A stretch of DNA of 59,910 bases, the filler included. It is 4 parts of 4 records of this genome, joined end to end, with 100 filler letters (N's around TTAATTAATTAA, not from the genome) between each part and the next. Parts side by side here need not be neighbours in the genome. Positions count along the whole stretch, not along the records: positions 25,851 to 53,507 come from DRR378314_2769; 3 more parts are not named here. One strand, given 5' to 3'. Shown piece by piece: positions 32,063 through 42,166 of the stretch. The notes under the pieces are model-generated. The model worked only from the letters and a program-made list of their open reading frames with translations. It did not search any database and was not told the origin of the DNA. The translations under genes and the position numbers were made by a program. Positions within the stretch are counted from its first letter, which is position 1; each line of letters opens with the position of its first letter.

Positions 32063-33933
32063 GCAGATTTCGACCGCATGCGAACTTGTCGCTTCAAATT
32101 CCCCAGGATGAGCGCTAACGCAGCCGGCGTGATACCGTCAATCCGCGCGGCTTGAGAAAGATTTTCGGGACAAGCATGCTGAAGTTTCTGCCGAAGTTCG
32201 TTAGAAAGCCCTTCAATTTCATAGCTAAAGTCTGACGGGATGATATGTTCCTCATCCCTCTTCAACGCCGCAACTTCCTTTTCTTGGCGAGAAATATAAT
32301 TGACATAGAGAGAATCTCGAACAATTTGTTGCCTGATTTCGTCTTCGGTCCTTTCCAACTGGGGAAAGAGCGGGAGAATGTCCTCAAATGCCACACTGGG
32401 GAAGGCGAGCACCTCTACCCCATCGCGCTTATTTCCATCTTGATTGACTTGTATCCCTGCATCCACCAACTGCTTTGGAGTAAGCTTAACAGAGGTCAAG
32501 ATACTTCTTGTGGATGTCAGTGCTTCCATCTTTTTGTCGAATACACGCTGTCTTTCCGTGGAAACACAGCCAAGATTGATCGCAAGTCCCGTCAATCTCT
32601 GATCGGCATTATCAGCTCTTAACGACAACCTGAACTCCGCACGAGAGGTAAACATGCGGTAAGGTTCCGAAACACCATTGGTGGTGAGATCATCGATCAT
32701 CACTCCAATATAGCTGGTGGCGCGGCTGAAAACGACTTCATCGCGCTGTCGACTTTTTTCCGCAGCGTTTAAACCGGCAACAAGTCCCTGTGCGCCTGCT
32801 TCCTCATAACCAGTTGTTCCATTGATTTGCCCTGCAAGAAACAGACCTGATATATCCCGTAACTCTAACGTCGCTTTCAAAGCGCGCGGATCGACATAGT
32901 CATACTCGATCGCATAGCCTGGTTGCAGAATCTCAGCGCTCTCCAATCCAACGATGGAATGGACATAATCTTCTTGCACACTCTCGGGCAAGCTCGTGGA
33001 GATGCCATTTGGGTAAACTGCATGCCCGGAAAGCGTCTCTGGTTCCAAGAAAATCTGATGCGACGATTTGTCAGCAAAACGCACTATTTTATCTTCGATC
33101 GAGGGACAATATCGCGGCCCAATACCGTCAATATGCCCGCCATACATCGCAGATCGTTCGAGATTTGTACGGATGATATCATGTGTTTTTTCATTGGTAT
33201 GCGTAATTCCGCAGGAGACTTGCCGTGCAGATACGGACCTACTTAAAAACGAAAACAGCGTCGGTTCTTCATCACCAGGTTGGCTGTCCAGAATATCCCA
33301 ATTGATGGTTCGACCGTCCAAGCGAGGTGGCGTTCCTGTCTTCAAGCGCCCCAGCGGCAGGTTAAATGATTTCAGCCTATCGGCAAGTTTGATAGATGGC
33401 TTATCTCCCATGCGGCCACCTGAACGCGAGATATCACCGATATGAATGATGCCGTTCAGAAATGTCCCAGTCGTCAGTACGACAGCATTCGCAGTAAGTT
33501 CTATATCGTTCGAGAGAATTACCCCGGAAACCGAATTTTCGCCTCTCATAATGAAGTCGACAACCTCGCCTTCCACGATTTCGAGCTTGCTCTGGTTTTC
33601 CGTGGCTCTCAGCACTTCATTCCGATAGATTGCGCGATCCGCCTGAGCGCGCGGTCCTTGTACCGCAGGCCCTTTGCGACGGTTCAACAATCTGAACTGG
33701 ATTCCGGAAAGGTCCGCGGCACGTCCCATTACGCCATCCATTGCGTCTATTTCTCGAACCAGATGTCCCTTCCCTAGCCCTCCGATAGCCGGATTACATG
33801 ACATCACGCCAATTCCATCCCGGCGGAGTGTCACCATAGCCGCACGTACACCCATTCTTGCCGCAGCATGGGCTGCTTCAGTTCCGGCATGCCCGCCGCC
33901 TATAACAATGACATCATAATGCGGATGTTTCAC
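32059..33933 (-). CDS. mnmG: tRNA U34 modification enzyme MnmG (GidA)
   Basis: [57 protein letters not shown]; the AGGAG RBS favours a GTG start at 33933 over 33942. Confidence 0.97.
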   Translation of the reverse strand: MKHPHYDVIVIGGGHAGTEAAHAAARMGVRAAMVTLRRDGIGVMSCNPAIGGLGKGHLVREIDAMDGVMGRAADLSGIQFRLLNRRKGPAVQGPRAQADRAIYRNEVLRATENQSKLEIVEGEVVDFIMRGENSVSGVILSNDIELTANAVVLTTGTFLNGIIHIGDISRSGGRMGDKPSIKLADRLKSFNLPLGRLKTGTPPRLDGRTINWDILDSQPGDEEPTLFSFLSRSVSARQVSCGITHTNEKTHDIIRTNLERSAMYGGHIDGIGPRYCPSIEDKIVRFADKSSHQIFLEPETLSGHAVYPNGISTSLPESVQEDYVHSIVGLESAEILQPGYAIEYDYVDPRALKATLELRDISGLFLAGQINGTTGYEEAGAQGLVAGLNAAEKSRQRDEVVFSRATSYIGVMIDDLTTNGVSEPYRMFTSRAEFRLSLRADNADQRLTGLAINLGCVSTERQRVFDKKMEALTSTRSILTSVKLTPKQLVDAGIQVNQDGNKRDGVEVLAFPSVAFEDILPLFPQLERTEDEIRQQIVRDSLYVNYISRQEKEVAALKRDEEHIIPSDFSYEIEGLSNELRQKLQHACPENLSQAARIDGITPAALALILGNLKRQVRMRSKSA

Positions 33934-33941
33934 GTGAAACA
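33926..33941. promoter_or_regulatory. parS: parS site overlapping the mnmG start
   Basis: Perfect TGTTTCACGTGAAACA. Confidence 0.95.
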
Positions 33942-33945
33942 CTCC

Positions 33946-35232
33946 TTACTTTCCTAGGCAAAAACTAGAGAATATCTCGTCCAGCAAATTCTCGACATTG
34001 ATACGACCTACCAAAAGTTCAAGAGCCCGTATTGCGGATCTCATATCTTCAGCCCCAATATCATAGAATTCCGGCCCATCTTGGACTACTCTTATAGCAT
34101 GCGCCAAACTATCTGACGCACGTCGCATTGCATCTCTATGGCGTCTGCGTGTCGCGATTCCAGCATGAGCTGATCGATTTTTCAACGTTGTAGAAACATG
34201 GGCCACGAGTTCATCCATCCCCTGCCCTGATATACCGGAGATCGCGCCGTCTGAGCATACTCTCACATCCGCTTTTGGCAATAGACGGAGATCACCCTGT
34301 TTGAATTCAACGTCGAGTTTTTCATCCTGTTCTGCAAGAAATATACGTAGGTCAGCGGCTTCTGCTCTCTCCTGGGCGAGTTTGATGCCAATCCCTTCAA
34401 CATGATCGTCGGTATCTCGCAGGCCTGCTGTATCAAGAAGTGTAACCGGAAGCCCTGCAAGATCCATACGAACTTCAATAACATCACGTGTTGTGCCGGC
34501 GTATTCAGAGGTAATCGCGGCATTGCGACCTGCGAGTGCGTTCAAGAGCGTCGATTTTCCCACATTGGGAGCCCCGATAATTGCAACTTCGAAACCATCA
34601 CGGATTCTTTCGGCGATGGAAACACCATCAATTTCTCGTTTGAGATCATGTGCAACGCCACTGAGAAGCTGCTTCACCTCTGGCGTTACATCTACCGGAA
34701 CTTCTTCATCTGCGAAATCGATCGTGACTTCAATCAAGGATGCCGCTCGAATGAGATCAGATCTCCATCGATCCGCGAGCTTCCCCAATCCACCTGATAG
34801 GACGACTTGCGCCTGCTTCCGTTGAGCTTCAGTTTCTGCATCGATGAGATCTGCAAGACCTTCTACCTGGGTCAGGTCGAGCTTGCCATTGTCCATCGCG
34901 CGTCGCGTAAACTCTCCGGGCTCGGCAATACGCGCCAAGCCTGTCTCTTCGATCGCCTGCAAAATCGACGACACAACCGCCGTGCTTCCATGGCTCTGAA
35001 ACTCGATCGTATTTTCACCGGTAAAGCTGTCAGGCATTGTAAACGACAAGACCAGTGTCTCATCAAGAAGGTCGCCACGACTGTCCTTCAAACGCGAAAA
35101 AGTCATTCCCCGTCCGGGCAATGACTTTCGCGATAACGTTTCTCCGATCGTCAGTGCGTCCGGTCCAGATACACGGATGACGGCGACACCGGCCTTTCCC
35201 TGGGCGGTAGCCAACGCAAAGATCGTATCCAT
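33946..35232 (-). CDS. mnmE: tRNA modification GTPase MnmE (TrmE)
   Basis: DTIFALAT, SFTGE, GAPNVGKS, GTTRD, DTAG, C-terminal FCLGK. Confidence 0.97.
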   Translation of the reverse strand: MDTIFALATAQGKAGVAVIRVSGPDALTIGETLSRKSLPGRGMTFSRLKDSRGDLLDETLVLSFTMPDSFTGENTIEFQSHGSTAVVSSILQAIEETGLARIAEPGEFTRRAMDNGKLDLTQVEGLADLIDAETEAQRKQAQVVLSGGLGKLADRWRSDLIRAASLIEVTIDFADEEVPVDVTPEVKQLLSGVAHDLKREIDGVSIAERIRDGFEVAIIGAPNVGKSTLLNALAGRNAAITSEYAGTTRDVIEVRMDLAGLPVTLLDTAGLRDTDDHVEGIGIKLAQERAEAADLRIFLAEQDEKLDVEFKQGDLRLLPKADVRVCSDGAISGISGQGMDELVAHVSTTLKNRSAHAGIATRRRHRDAMRRASDSLAHAIRVVQDGPEFYDIGAEDMRSAIRALELLVGRINVENLLDEIFSSFCLGK

Positions 35233-35261
35233 GGGATGGCCTCTCTCTCCACCGACGTTGC

Positions 35262-36533
35262 TTAGGTATTCATTGAATCAAAGAACTCTGAATTTGTCTT
35301 TGTTTGCTTGAGCTTAGAAAGAAGGAACTCAATCGCATCTGTGGTTCCCATCGGATTTAGAATCCGACGCAGGACAAATGTCTTGGCGAGATCCACTTTG
35401 TCCACCAGCAACTCTTCTTTCCGTGTGCCGGATTTGAGAATATCGATCGCCGGGAAGACACGTTTGTCCGCAATTTTACGGTCCAGAACGATCTCAGAGT
35501 TACCCGTCCCTTTGAATTCTTCAAAGATAACCTCATCCATACGGCTGCCCGTATCGATCAGCGCGGTGGCGATGATGGTGAGCGAGCCACCTTCTTCGAT
35601 ATTACGCGCAGCACCAAAGAAGCGTTTTGGACGTTGCAGGGCATTGGCATCCACACCACCGGTTAGAACCTTACCCGAGGACGGCACAACGGTGTTGAAT
35701 GCTCTACCAAGTCTTGTAATCGAATCAAGGAGAATCACTACATCTCGTTTGTGCTCAACAAGGCGTTTCGCTTTCTCGATGACCATTTCGGATACCGCAA
35801 CGTGGCGCGTAGCGGGTTCATCAAAGGTCGAGGACACGACCTCCCCTTTCACCGATCGCTGCATGTCAGTGACTTCTTCCGGACGCTCATCGATCAACAG
35901 AACAATCAGGTAGCACTCAGGATGGTTCTGCTCGATCGAGTGCGCAATATTCTGCAACAGAACGGTTTTACCCGTCCGCGGCGGAGCCACGATGAGCGAA
36001 CGCTGGCCTTTACCGATCGGAGAAACCAAATCAATCACGCGTGCCGAGCGGTCCTTCACAGTGGGGTCTTCGATTTCCATATTCAAACGCTCATCCGGAT
36101 AGAGCGGTGTCAGGTTATCGAAAGCAATCTTGTGACGCGTTTTCTCGGGCTCTTCGAAGTTGATCTTCGTCACCGTGGTCAGCGCAAAATAGCGCTCGTT
36201 CTCCAATGGAGCCTTGATCTGCCCATCCACCGTGTCACCGGTGCGCAAGGAAAACTGGCGGATCATGTCAGGCGAGACGTAGATGTCATCCGGGCCCGGA
36301 AGATAGTTCGCTTCGGGCGAACGCAGAAAGCCAAACCCGTCCTGCAGAACCTCGAGAACCCCATCCCCAAAGATATTCCAGCCTTCATCCGCGCGCTCAC
36401 GCAGGATCTGGAACATCATCTCACCCTTGCGCATGGTGGAAGCGTTTTCGATCTCAAGCTCCTCTGCCATGGTCAACAGCGCTTTGGGGCTTTGGATTTT
36501 GAGATCAGAAAGGTTCAGAGATTGCTCGGTCAT
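35262..36533 (-). CDS. rho: Transcription termination factor Rho
   Basis: [40 protein letters not shown]. Confidence 0.98.
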   Translation of the reverse strand: MTEQSLNLSDLKIQSPKALLTMAEELEIENASTMRKGEMMFQILRERADEGWNIFGDGVLEVLQDGFGFLRSPEANYLPGPDDIYVSPDMIRQFSLRTGDTVDGQIKAPLENERYFALTTVTKINFEEPEKTRHKIAFDNLTPLYPDERLNMEIEDPTVKDRSARVIDLVSPIGKGQRSLIVAPPRTGKTVLLQNIAHSIEQNHPECYLIVLLIDERPEEVTDMQRSVKGEVVSSTFDEPATRHVAVSEMVIEKAKRLVEHKRDVVILLDSITRLGRAFNTVVPSSGKVLTGGVDANALQRPKRFFGAARNIEEGGSLTIIATALIDTGSRMDEVIFEEFKGTGNSEIVLDRKIADKRVFPAIDILKSGTRKEELLVDKVDLAKTFVLRRILNPMGTTDAIEFLLSKLKQTKTNSEFFDSMNT

Positions 36534-36662
36534 ATGCACACGGCCCTTGTTCCCTCTGCCAACAGAGGGCGTCACAGTATAAAATACGGAAAACGCGGGA
36601 ATCCCGGACGGGTCCGCTTTCACGCTTGATAGTGGGTCTCTGAAGGCGAGTCAAACGCGGCG

Positions 36663-37118
36663 TTAGAACTTGAAGATGACCGAGATCACGATGACCACCA
36701 TCAAGAGCGTGGGAACCTCGTTCATAAGGCGATACTGGCGCCCTGTGAGCCTGTTCTGCCCCTCTCTGAAGTCCTTGTGGCGAAACATCAGCCAATGATG
36801 GAACCAGGTCATCCCAAGCACTGAGATGCCCTTGGTCCAGGGCCAAATGTGTGACCAGTCCACCAGCCCTGGCGTGAACACCATAAACAGCCCTGCAGCC
36901 CATGTGACGACGCTTGCTGGCCCCATGATCACTCTGAGGAGTTTGTCCTCCATGGTGAGGAAGATTGGTTTCACCTCTTCGACCTTCTCTGCCTGCTCCA
37001 CGTGATAGACGAACAAGCGTGGAAGGTAGAACAACCCTGCCATCCAGCTGATCACGGCCATGATGTGGAGCGACTTCGCGTAAGGATAGAGCGTGAACAT
37101 CAGATCAGTGAGATCCAT
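36663..37118 (-). CDS. hemJ: Protoporphyrinogen oxidase HemJ
   Basis: KSLHIMAVISWMAGLFYLPRLFVYH, YRLMNEVPT. Confidence 0.9.
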   Translation of the reverse strand: MDLTDLMFTLYPYAKSLHIMAVISWMAGLFYLPRLFVYHVEQAEKVEEVKPIFLTMEDKLLRVIMGPASVVTWAAGLFMVFTPGLVDWSHIWPWTKGISVLGMTWFHHWLMFRHKDFREGQNRLTGRQYRLMNEVPTLLMVVIVISVIFKF

Positions 37119-37536
37119 GACGTGTCCTCATGCTGAGCGGTCCCGTTGGGCCACCCTATATAAATATATAAGTTTTATAAGGATGATGTTTTTGTAGTGC
37201 ACCCCGAAAACAGTGGATTATCGAGTTTTCATACCGGTTCTGCACAGCGTGGATAATCTCAGCGCCCTGGTCCTGCCTTGAGGATGAATTTTTGGTTAAC
37301 GCCATAATACATGGGGGCGTTAAGGGATTCTTTACGAAGGTGAAGGTGGGGATAAGGTTGGGAAAAGCTGGGAGTGACCGACTTATCCACTTGTTCAAAG
37401 TTATCCCAATACCGGATGGAGGAATCGCGGAGGAATCACCTGAGATTTCGAGGTTTATCCCACCCTTGCGTTGAGGGGGGTAAATCATACAAAACGTCCC
37501 TGAATGATCAGACGTTTTCCCATAGGGTTGTCCACA
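37119..37536. other. oriC: Putative chromosomal replication origin (oriC)
   Basis: Divergent intergenic region between hemJ and maf; AT-rich stretch 37157-37180; DnaA-box-like sites at 37248-37256, 37347-37355, 37383-37391 and 37528-37536; GANTC sites at 37326, 37422 and 37433; parS/parAB nearby. Confidence 0.75.
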
Positions 37537-38135
37537 TGAATACCCACATCATCTTGGCGTCTCGTTCCGAGATCCGCGCTCAGTTGCTCCGTCAGGCTGG
37601 CGTGGAATTCCGCGTAGAGGTCGCGCGCGTTGACGAAGATGCGATAAAGGCAGCGCTGTTGGCCGAGCAGGCTGCACCGCGTGATATCGCGGATACACTG
37701 GCCGAAGCCAAAGCACGCAAGGTTTCGGGCAAGTGTCCCGGTGACATGGTCCTGGGCTGCGATCAGGTGTTGGATTTTGAGGGGCGGTTGCTCTCGAAGC
37801 CAGAAACCGCCGATGATGCGCTGAAACAGCTCCGGGCGATGCGCGGCAAACGTCATATGCTTCTGTCCGCTGCCGTGATTTATAAAGACGGAGAGCCGCT
37901 CTGGCGGCACGTAGGTCAGGTGCGACTTGTGATGCGACAGGCGAGTGATGCCTATCTAGAGGGGTACGTCGACCGCAACTGGGACAGTATCAGACATGCG
38001 GTGGGCGCGTACAAACTCGAAGAAGAGGGTGTGCGACTGTTTACAACCATTGACGGCAGCTACTTTAATGTCCTGGGGCTACCGATGTTGGAACTCATGA
38101 ACTATCTGGGACTGCAGGGGATTATCGAACAATGA
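37536..38135 (+). CDS. maf: Maf family nucleotide pyrophosphatase
   Basis: ILASRSEIR, LAEAKA, GCDQV, VGAYKLE, NVLGLP. Confidence 0.9.
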   Translation: MNTHIILASRSEIRAQLLRQAGVEFRVEVARVDEDAIKAALLAEQAAPRDIADTLAEAKARKVSGKCPGDMVLGCDQVLDFEGRLLSKPETADDALKQLRAMRGKRHMLLSAAVIYKDGEPLWRHVGQVRLVMRQASDAYLEGYVDRNWDSIRHAVGAYKLEEEGVRLFTTIDGSYFNVLGLPMLELMNYLGLQGIIEQ

Positions 38136-38965
38136 CAGAGCACAAGATCCCGCTCGCTGCTGTGATCGGTTGTCCGATCGCCCACTCCAAATCCCCGCAA
38201 CTGCATCGACATTGGCTCACGACCAACGAGATTGCGGGACATTATATGCCGATGCATGTGGAGCCAGACGATCTAGAGGCGGTTGTACGCATGATGCCGC
38301 GTATGGGCTTTGTCGGAGCAAATGTGACTATTCCTCACAAGGAAGCGATCATGGAGATCGCGGATAAGGTCACGGACCGGGCAAAGTTGATGGGGGCGGC
38401 CAATACCCTGATCTTCCGGGACGACGGGTCTATCGTCGCTGACAATACGGATGGTTACGGCTTTATCACCAACCTGCATGAGGGCGCACCCGATTGGGAT
38501 CCTAAGTCCGGACCCGCGACGGTTTTTGGTGCCGGCGGTGCCAGCCGTGCCGTGATTGCCTCGCTGATCGAAGCTGGCGTGCCTGAAATCCGTATCACCA
38601 ATCGCACGCGCTCGCGCGCCGAGGATCTGGCAGAAACGTTTGGCGCTCGAATAACTGTCATTGATTGGGTTCACGCAGGCAACATCATCGAGGACGCGGC
38701 ACTTATCGTGAATACGACGTCGCTCGGGATGGTGGGCCAGCGGCCCTTGCGCGTTCCGTTGGACGGGTTGCACGCCGGGATCGTCGTTACCGACCTGGTT
38801 TACGCGCCGCTCAAGACCAAATTGTTGCTCGCTGCCGAAGACGCCGGATGCACGGTCGTTGACGGGCTTGGCATGTTGTTGCATCAGGCGGCGCCTGGAT
38901 TCGAGCGCTGGTTTGGTCAGCGGCCGGAGGTTGATATGTCTGCGCGTACCGCCGCAACCGGATGA
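38132..38965 (+). CDS. aroE: Shikimate dehydrogenase
   Basis: HSKSP, NVTIPHK, AANTL, DNTDG, GAGGA, DGLGMLLHQA. Confidence 0.95.
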   Translation: MTEHKIPLAAVIGCPIAHSKSPQLHRHWLTTNEIAGHYMPMHVEPDDLEAVVRMMPRMGFVGANVTIPHKEAIMEIADKVTDRAKLMGAANTLIFRDDGSIVADNTDGYGFITNLHEGAPDWDPKSGPATVFGAGGASRAVIASLIEAGVPEIRITNRTRSRAEDLAETFGARITVIDWVHAGNIIEDAALIVNTTSLGMVGQRPLRVPLDGLHAGIVVTDLVYAPLKTKLLLAAEDAGCTVVDGLGMLLHQAAPGFERWFGQRPEVDMSARTAATG

Positions 38966-39555
38966 CATTTTCTCTAGGATTGACCGGCTCGATCGGAATG
39001 GGAAAATCCACGACCGCGGCCCTCTTTGCAGAGGCAGGGTGTGCGATCTGGGATGCGGACGCGGCCGTTCATCGACTATATGCCGATGGAGGGGCGGCGG
39101 TTGAGCCGATATCACTTCTGTTTCCGCAGGCCACGTGGAATGGGAGCGTGGATCGATCTGTCCTCAAGGATCTGATATCAAAGGATAAAGATGTCATTTC
39201 TCAGCTGGAGGCGATCGTTCATCCATTGGTGAAGGCAGATCGAGAGCTATTCAGACAAACCGCGCGCGCCGATATCTTGGTCTTTGACATTCCACTGTTG
39301 TTTGAGACGGGGGGCGACGCGGAGATGCACGCGGTGGCCTGTGTCCATGTGGCGCCGGAGGTTCAGCGTGATCGTGTTCTTGCCCGTGGAACAATGACCG
39401 AGGACCAGTTTCGGCAGATCCTTGCAAAGCAGCTCCCGATCGCCGAAAAACTGGCACGAAGCGACTACCAGATCGAGACCGATACCCCCGATCATGCCCG
39501 GAGCCAGGTGGCAGAGGTGCTTGCAGATATCAGACGGAGAATGGCGCATGCGTGA
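38962..39555 (+). CDS. coaE: Dephospho-CoA kinase
   Basis: GLTGSIGMGKST, DADAAVH, IVHPLV, DIPLLFE. Confidence 0.95.
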   Translation: MTFSLGLTGSIGMGKSTTAALFAEAGCAIWDADAAVHRLYADGGAAVEPISLLFPQATWNGSVDRSVLKDLISKDKDVISQLEAIVHPLVKADRELFRQTARADILVFDIPLLFETGGDAEMHAVACVHVAPEVQRDRVLARGTMTEDQFRQILAKQLPIAEKLARSDYQIETDTPDHARSQVAEVLADIRRRMAHA

Positions 39556-40279
39556 AATCGTACTCGATACGGAAACCACCGGCTTTGACCCCTTCTCAGG
39601 TGATCGCATTGTCGAAATTGGTGCGGTGGAACTGCTCAACCATATGCCTACGGGTGAGACCTTTCATGTCTATATAAACCCGCAACGCTCCATGCCGCAT
39701 GAGGCATTTGGTGTGCATGGTATCGGGCCTGATCTTCTCGAACCGCCACAACCGCCCGGCCCCGGTCAGGTGATCCTGAAGGATAAGCCCCTGTTTGCCG
39801 AGGTTGGACAGGCGTTTCTGGATTTCGTGGGCGAGTCTCAAATGGTGATCCACAACGCCAGCTTCGACATGAAGTTTCTCAATGCAGAACTGGGATGGAT
39901 GAACCTGCCTCAGCTGCCCATGGAGCAGGCGATCGATACGCTGGCCATGGCGCGAAAGCGCTATCCCGGCTCGCCGGCCACGCTCGATGCGCTTTGCCGG
40001 CGTTTCAGCATCGACAACTCCAATCGGACATTGCACGGCGCGCTTCTCGACTCTGAGATCCTTGCGGATGTCTATCTGGAATTGATCGGTGGACGTCAGC
40101 CTGATTTTGGCCTGTCGTCAGGATCCTCTGGCGGTCCAAGTGCGGTGGACCTCAATTGGCGCCCGTCACCACGTCCGACCCCCCTGCCCTCACGCCTCAC
40201 GGCAGAGGAAAAAGTCGCACATGAGGAATTTGTCGCCAAGCTGGGCGAAGATGCGCTCTGGGCTTCGACCTCTGAATAA
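39548..40279 (+). CDS. dnaQ: DNA polymerase III epsilon subunit
   Basis: LDTETTG, HNASFD, LDALC, HGALLD. Confidence 0.95.
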   Translation: MREIVLDTETTGFDPFSGDRIVEIGAVELLNHMPTGETFHVYINPQRSMPHEAFGVHGIGPDLLEPPQPPGPGQVILKDKPLFAEVGQAFLDFVGESQMVIHNASFDMKFLNAELGWMNLPQLPMEQAIDTLAMARKRYPGSPATLDALCRRFSIDNSNRTLHGALLDSEILADVYLELIGGRQPDFGLSSGSSGGPSAVDLNWRPSPRPTPLPSRLTAEEKVAHEEFVAKLGEDALWASTSE

Positions 40280-40311
40280 GAAAGGCGCCGCGACCTCTGG
40301 TCGCAGCGCCT
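40275..40311 (-). terminator. Hairpin between convergent dnaQ and secB
   Basis: AGGCGCCGCGACC / GGTCGCAGCGCCT (40283-40311) with a T-rich tail on the minus strand. Confidence 0.55.
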
Positions 40312-40341
40312 GACAAAGCTCACAGATGTGAAGCTTTCCAA

Positions 40342-40833
40342 TCAGTTCGGCGTTTCGCTTGCACCTTCGGTCTGACGACGTGCCAGCTCGTTGCGGTAGA
40401 TCGCGACGAAGTCGATGTTGTCGAGGTTCAGCGGCGGGAAGCCACCGTCGCGGCTGATGTCGGAAACGATACGGCGCAGGAACGGGAACAGCATCCGCGG
40501 GCACTCGATCAACAGGAACGGGTGCAACTGATCTTCGGGCACACCTGCGATGTTGAAGATGCCGACATATTCCAGCTCCAGAACAAACAGCACTTCACCG
40601 CCTGTTTTGTTCTTGGATTCGATGGTCAGCTTGGTGATGACTTCATACTGGTTTTCGGTGCTGCGCTTCTTGGCATCGAGCGCCACCTGAACGTTCACGT
40701 CCGGCTGCACTTCGCCACCGACGCCTTTTTGCGCCATCACGTTCTCAAAGGACAGATCGCGAATGAACTGTCCGATAATGTTCATCTGGACTTGCGGTTG
40801 CTCCGCGCCCTCGGCTGCGCCATTTTCGGCCAT
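40342..40833 (-). CDS. secB: Protein-export chaperone SecB
   Basis: QFIRDLSFEN, ECPRMLFPFLR, GGFPPLNLDNIDF. Confidence 0.95.
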   Translation of the reverse strand: MAENGAAEGAEQPQVQMNIIGQFIRDLSFENVMAQKGVGGEVQPDVNVQVALDAKKRSTENQYEVITKLTIESKNKTGGEVLFVLELEYVGIFNIAGVPEDQLHPFLLIECPRMLFPFLRRIVSDISRDGGFPPLNLDNIDFVAIYRNELARRQTEGASETPN

Positions 40834-40897
40834 GGAAATCTCCTGAATTTAACGTGTCGCAGCGTGCTTACCAGCTTGGAGAGCCATCCTCAAAGTC

Positions 40898-41395
40898 TTA
40901 TTTCGGCCCTTCGACCCAACCTGATGGATCATCCCGTCGCGGTCGTGGTGTGACCTCTTCATAGTCGCCATCTATGACGTCGCCCCGCGAGTCGGCAGGA
41001 CGTGGTCGGGCACTGTGGCGTGGGTCTGATCCCATTTGAAATGACGCCACGGTGACCTTGGATCGCAGATAGGCAAAAGCGCGGGTGCGAAATCCGGGAA
41101 CCAGAAGCAGAAAACCAAATGCATCGGTGAAGAAACCGGGCGTCAGCAACAACGCCCCGGCCAGCAGGATCATCGCGCCATGCGCCAGGGGTTCAGTCGG
41201 ATCGGAGAGTCTCTCAAATGATCCCCGGAGTTGCCCAAGCGCCAACTGGCCTTGAGTGCGCACGAGCCATGTCCCAAGAACAGCCGTCAATATGACGATG
41301 CCGAGGGTCGGCCAAAGCCCAATCAGGCCACCGACCTGTATGAACAGGGCGATTTCAATAATCGGCACTAGCAAAAAAGCCAGAAAAAGGGGCAT
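40898..41395 (-). CDS. fxsA: FxsA family membrane protein
   Basis: VPIIEIALFIQVG, LLLTPGFFTD, VIDGDY. Confidence 0.9.
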   Translation of the reverse strand: MPLFLAFLLVPIIEIALFIQVGGLIGLWPTLGIVILTAVLGTWLVRTQGQLALGQLRGSFERLSDPTEPLAHGAMILLAGALLLTPGFFTDAFGFLLLVPGFRTRAFAYLRSKVTVASFQMGSDPRHSARPRPADSRGDVIDGDYEEVTPRPRRDDPSGWVEGPK

Positions 41396-41509
41396 GATAG
41401 GCGTCCTCTCTTTAGGGCAGAACGGTGGACTTGGTCCCGCCTGTCACCTACATAAGAGCAGAACACGTCGGTTTCAAACCGACAGGTCCTATTGGACGAT
41501 GAGGTATGA

Positions 41510-42166
41510 ATGGAGTCGCCCTTGGTAGAGCTTTTGGTCCTGGCTGGCATCGCGGTTTTTCTGATCCTGCGCCTGAAGAGCGTTCTGGGTACGCGCGAGG
41601 GGTTTGAAAAGCCTCCTCTGGCGGGCAGTGAAGCGCGATCGCCGCAACGCAAGTTTGAAGTTATCGAGGGAAGCCCTGATGACGACATTATTGCCTACGT
41701 CGATGAAGGCAGCCCGCAGGCGCAAGCCCTCGCCGAAATGAAGCGTGTGGACCCCTCGTTCCACGTGGCCGAGTTTGTGCAAGGCGCGCGCGGTGCCTAT
41801 GAGATGATCTTGATGGGCTTCGAAACCGGTGAACTCGACGGGATTCAGCCCTTCATCTCCGATGAGATTTTCCAGAGCTTTGTTGATGCCGTGTCGGCAC
41901 GCGAAGATCAGGGGCTGACCATTGAGGCTGAGTTCATCGGGGTTCGCGAAACCACTATCGCCGACGTCAGCTTTGATGCGGCAACCACGACAGCAGAAGT
42001 AACGGTTCGATTTGTTGGTGAGCTGACCTCCGCAGTGCGGAACCGTGCTGGTGAAATTGTCGAGGGTGATCCAAAGGCTGTTAAACGCCAGAAAGACACC
42101 TGGACATTCTCGCGCAAGATGGGCGCGGATGATCCGAACTGGTTGCTGGTGGCAACGGACGCATGA
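41510..42166 (+). CDS. Tim44/TimA family protein
   Basis: LRLKSVLGTREG, FVQGARGAYEMI, DTWTFSR, PNWLLVAT. Confidence 0.9.
   Translation: MESPLVELLVLAGIAVFLILRLKSVLGTREGFEKPPLAGSEARSPQRKFEVIEGSPDDDIIAYVDEGSPQAQALAEMKRVDPSFHVAEFVQGARGAYEMILMGFETGELDGIQPFISDEIFQSFVDAVSAREDQGLTIEAEFIGVRETTIADVSFDAATTTAEVTVRFVGELTSAVRNRAGEIVEGDPKAVKRQKDTWTFSRKMGADDPNWLLVATDA

Noticed and set aside
35751-36629. 292-aa plus-strand ORF
   Set aside because: Antisense shadow of rho.
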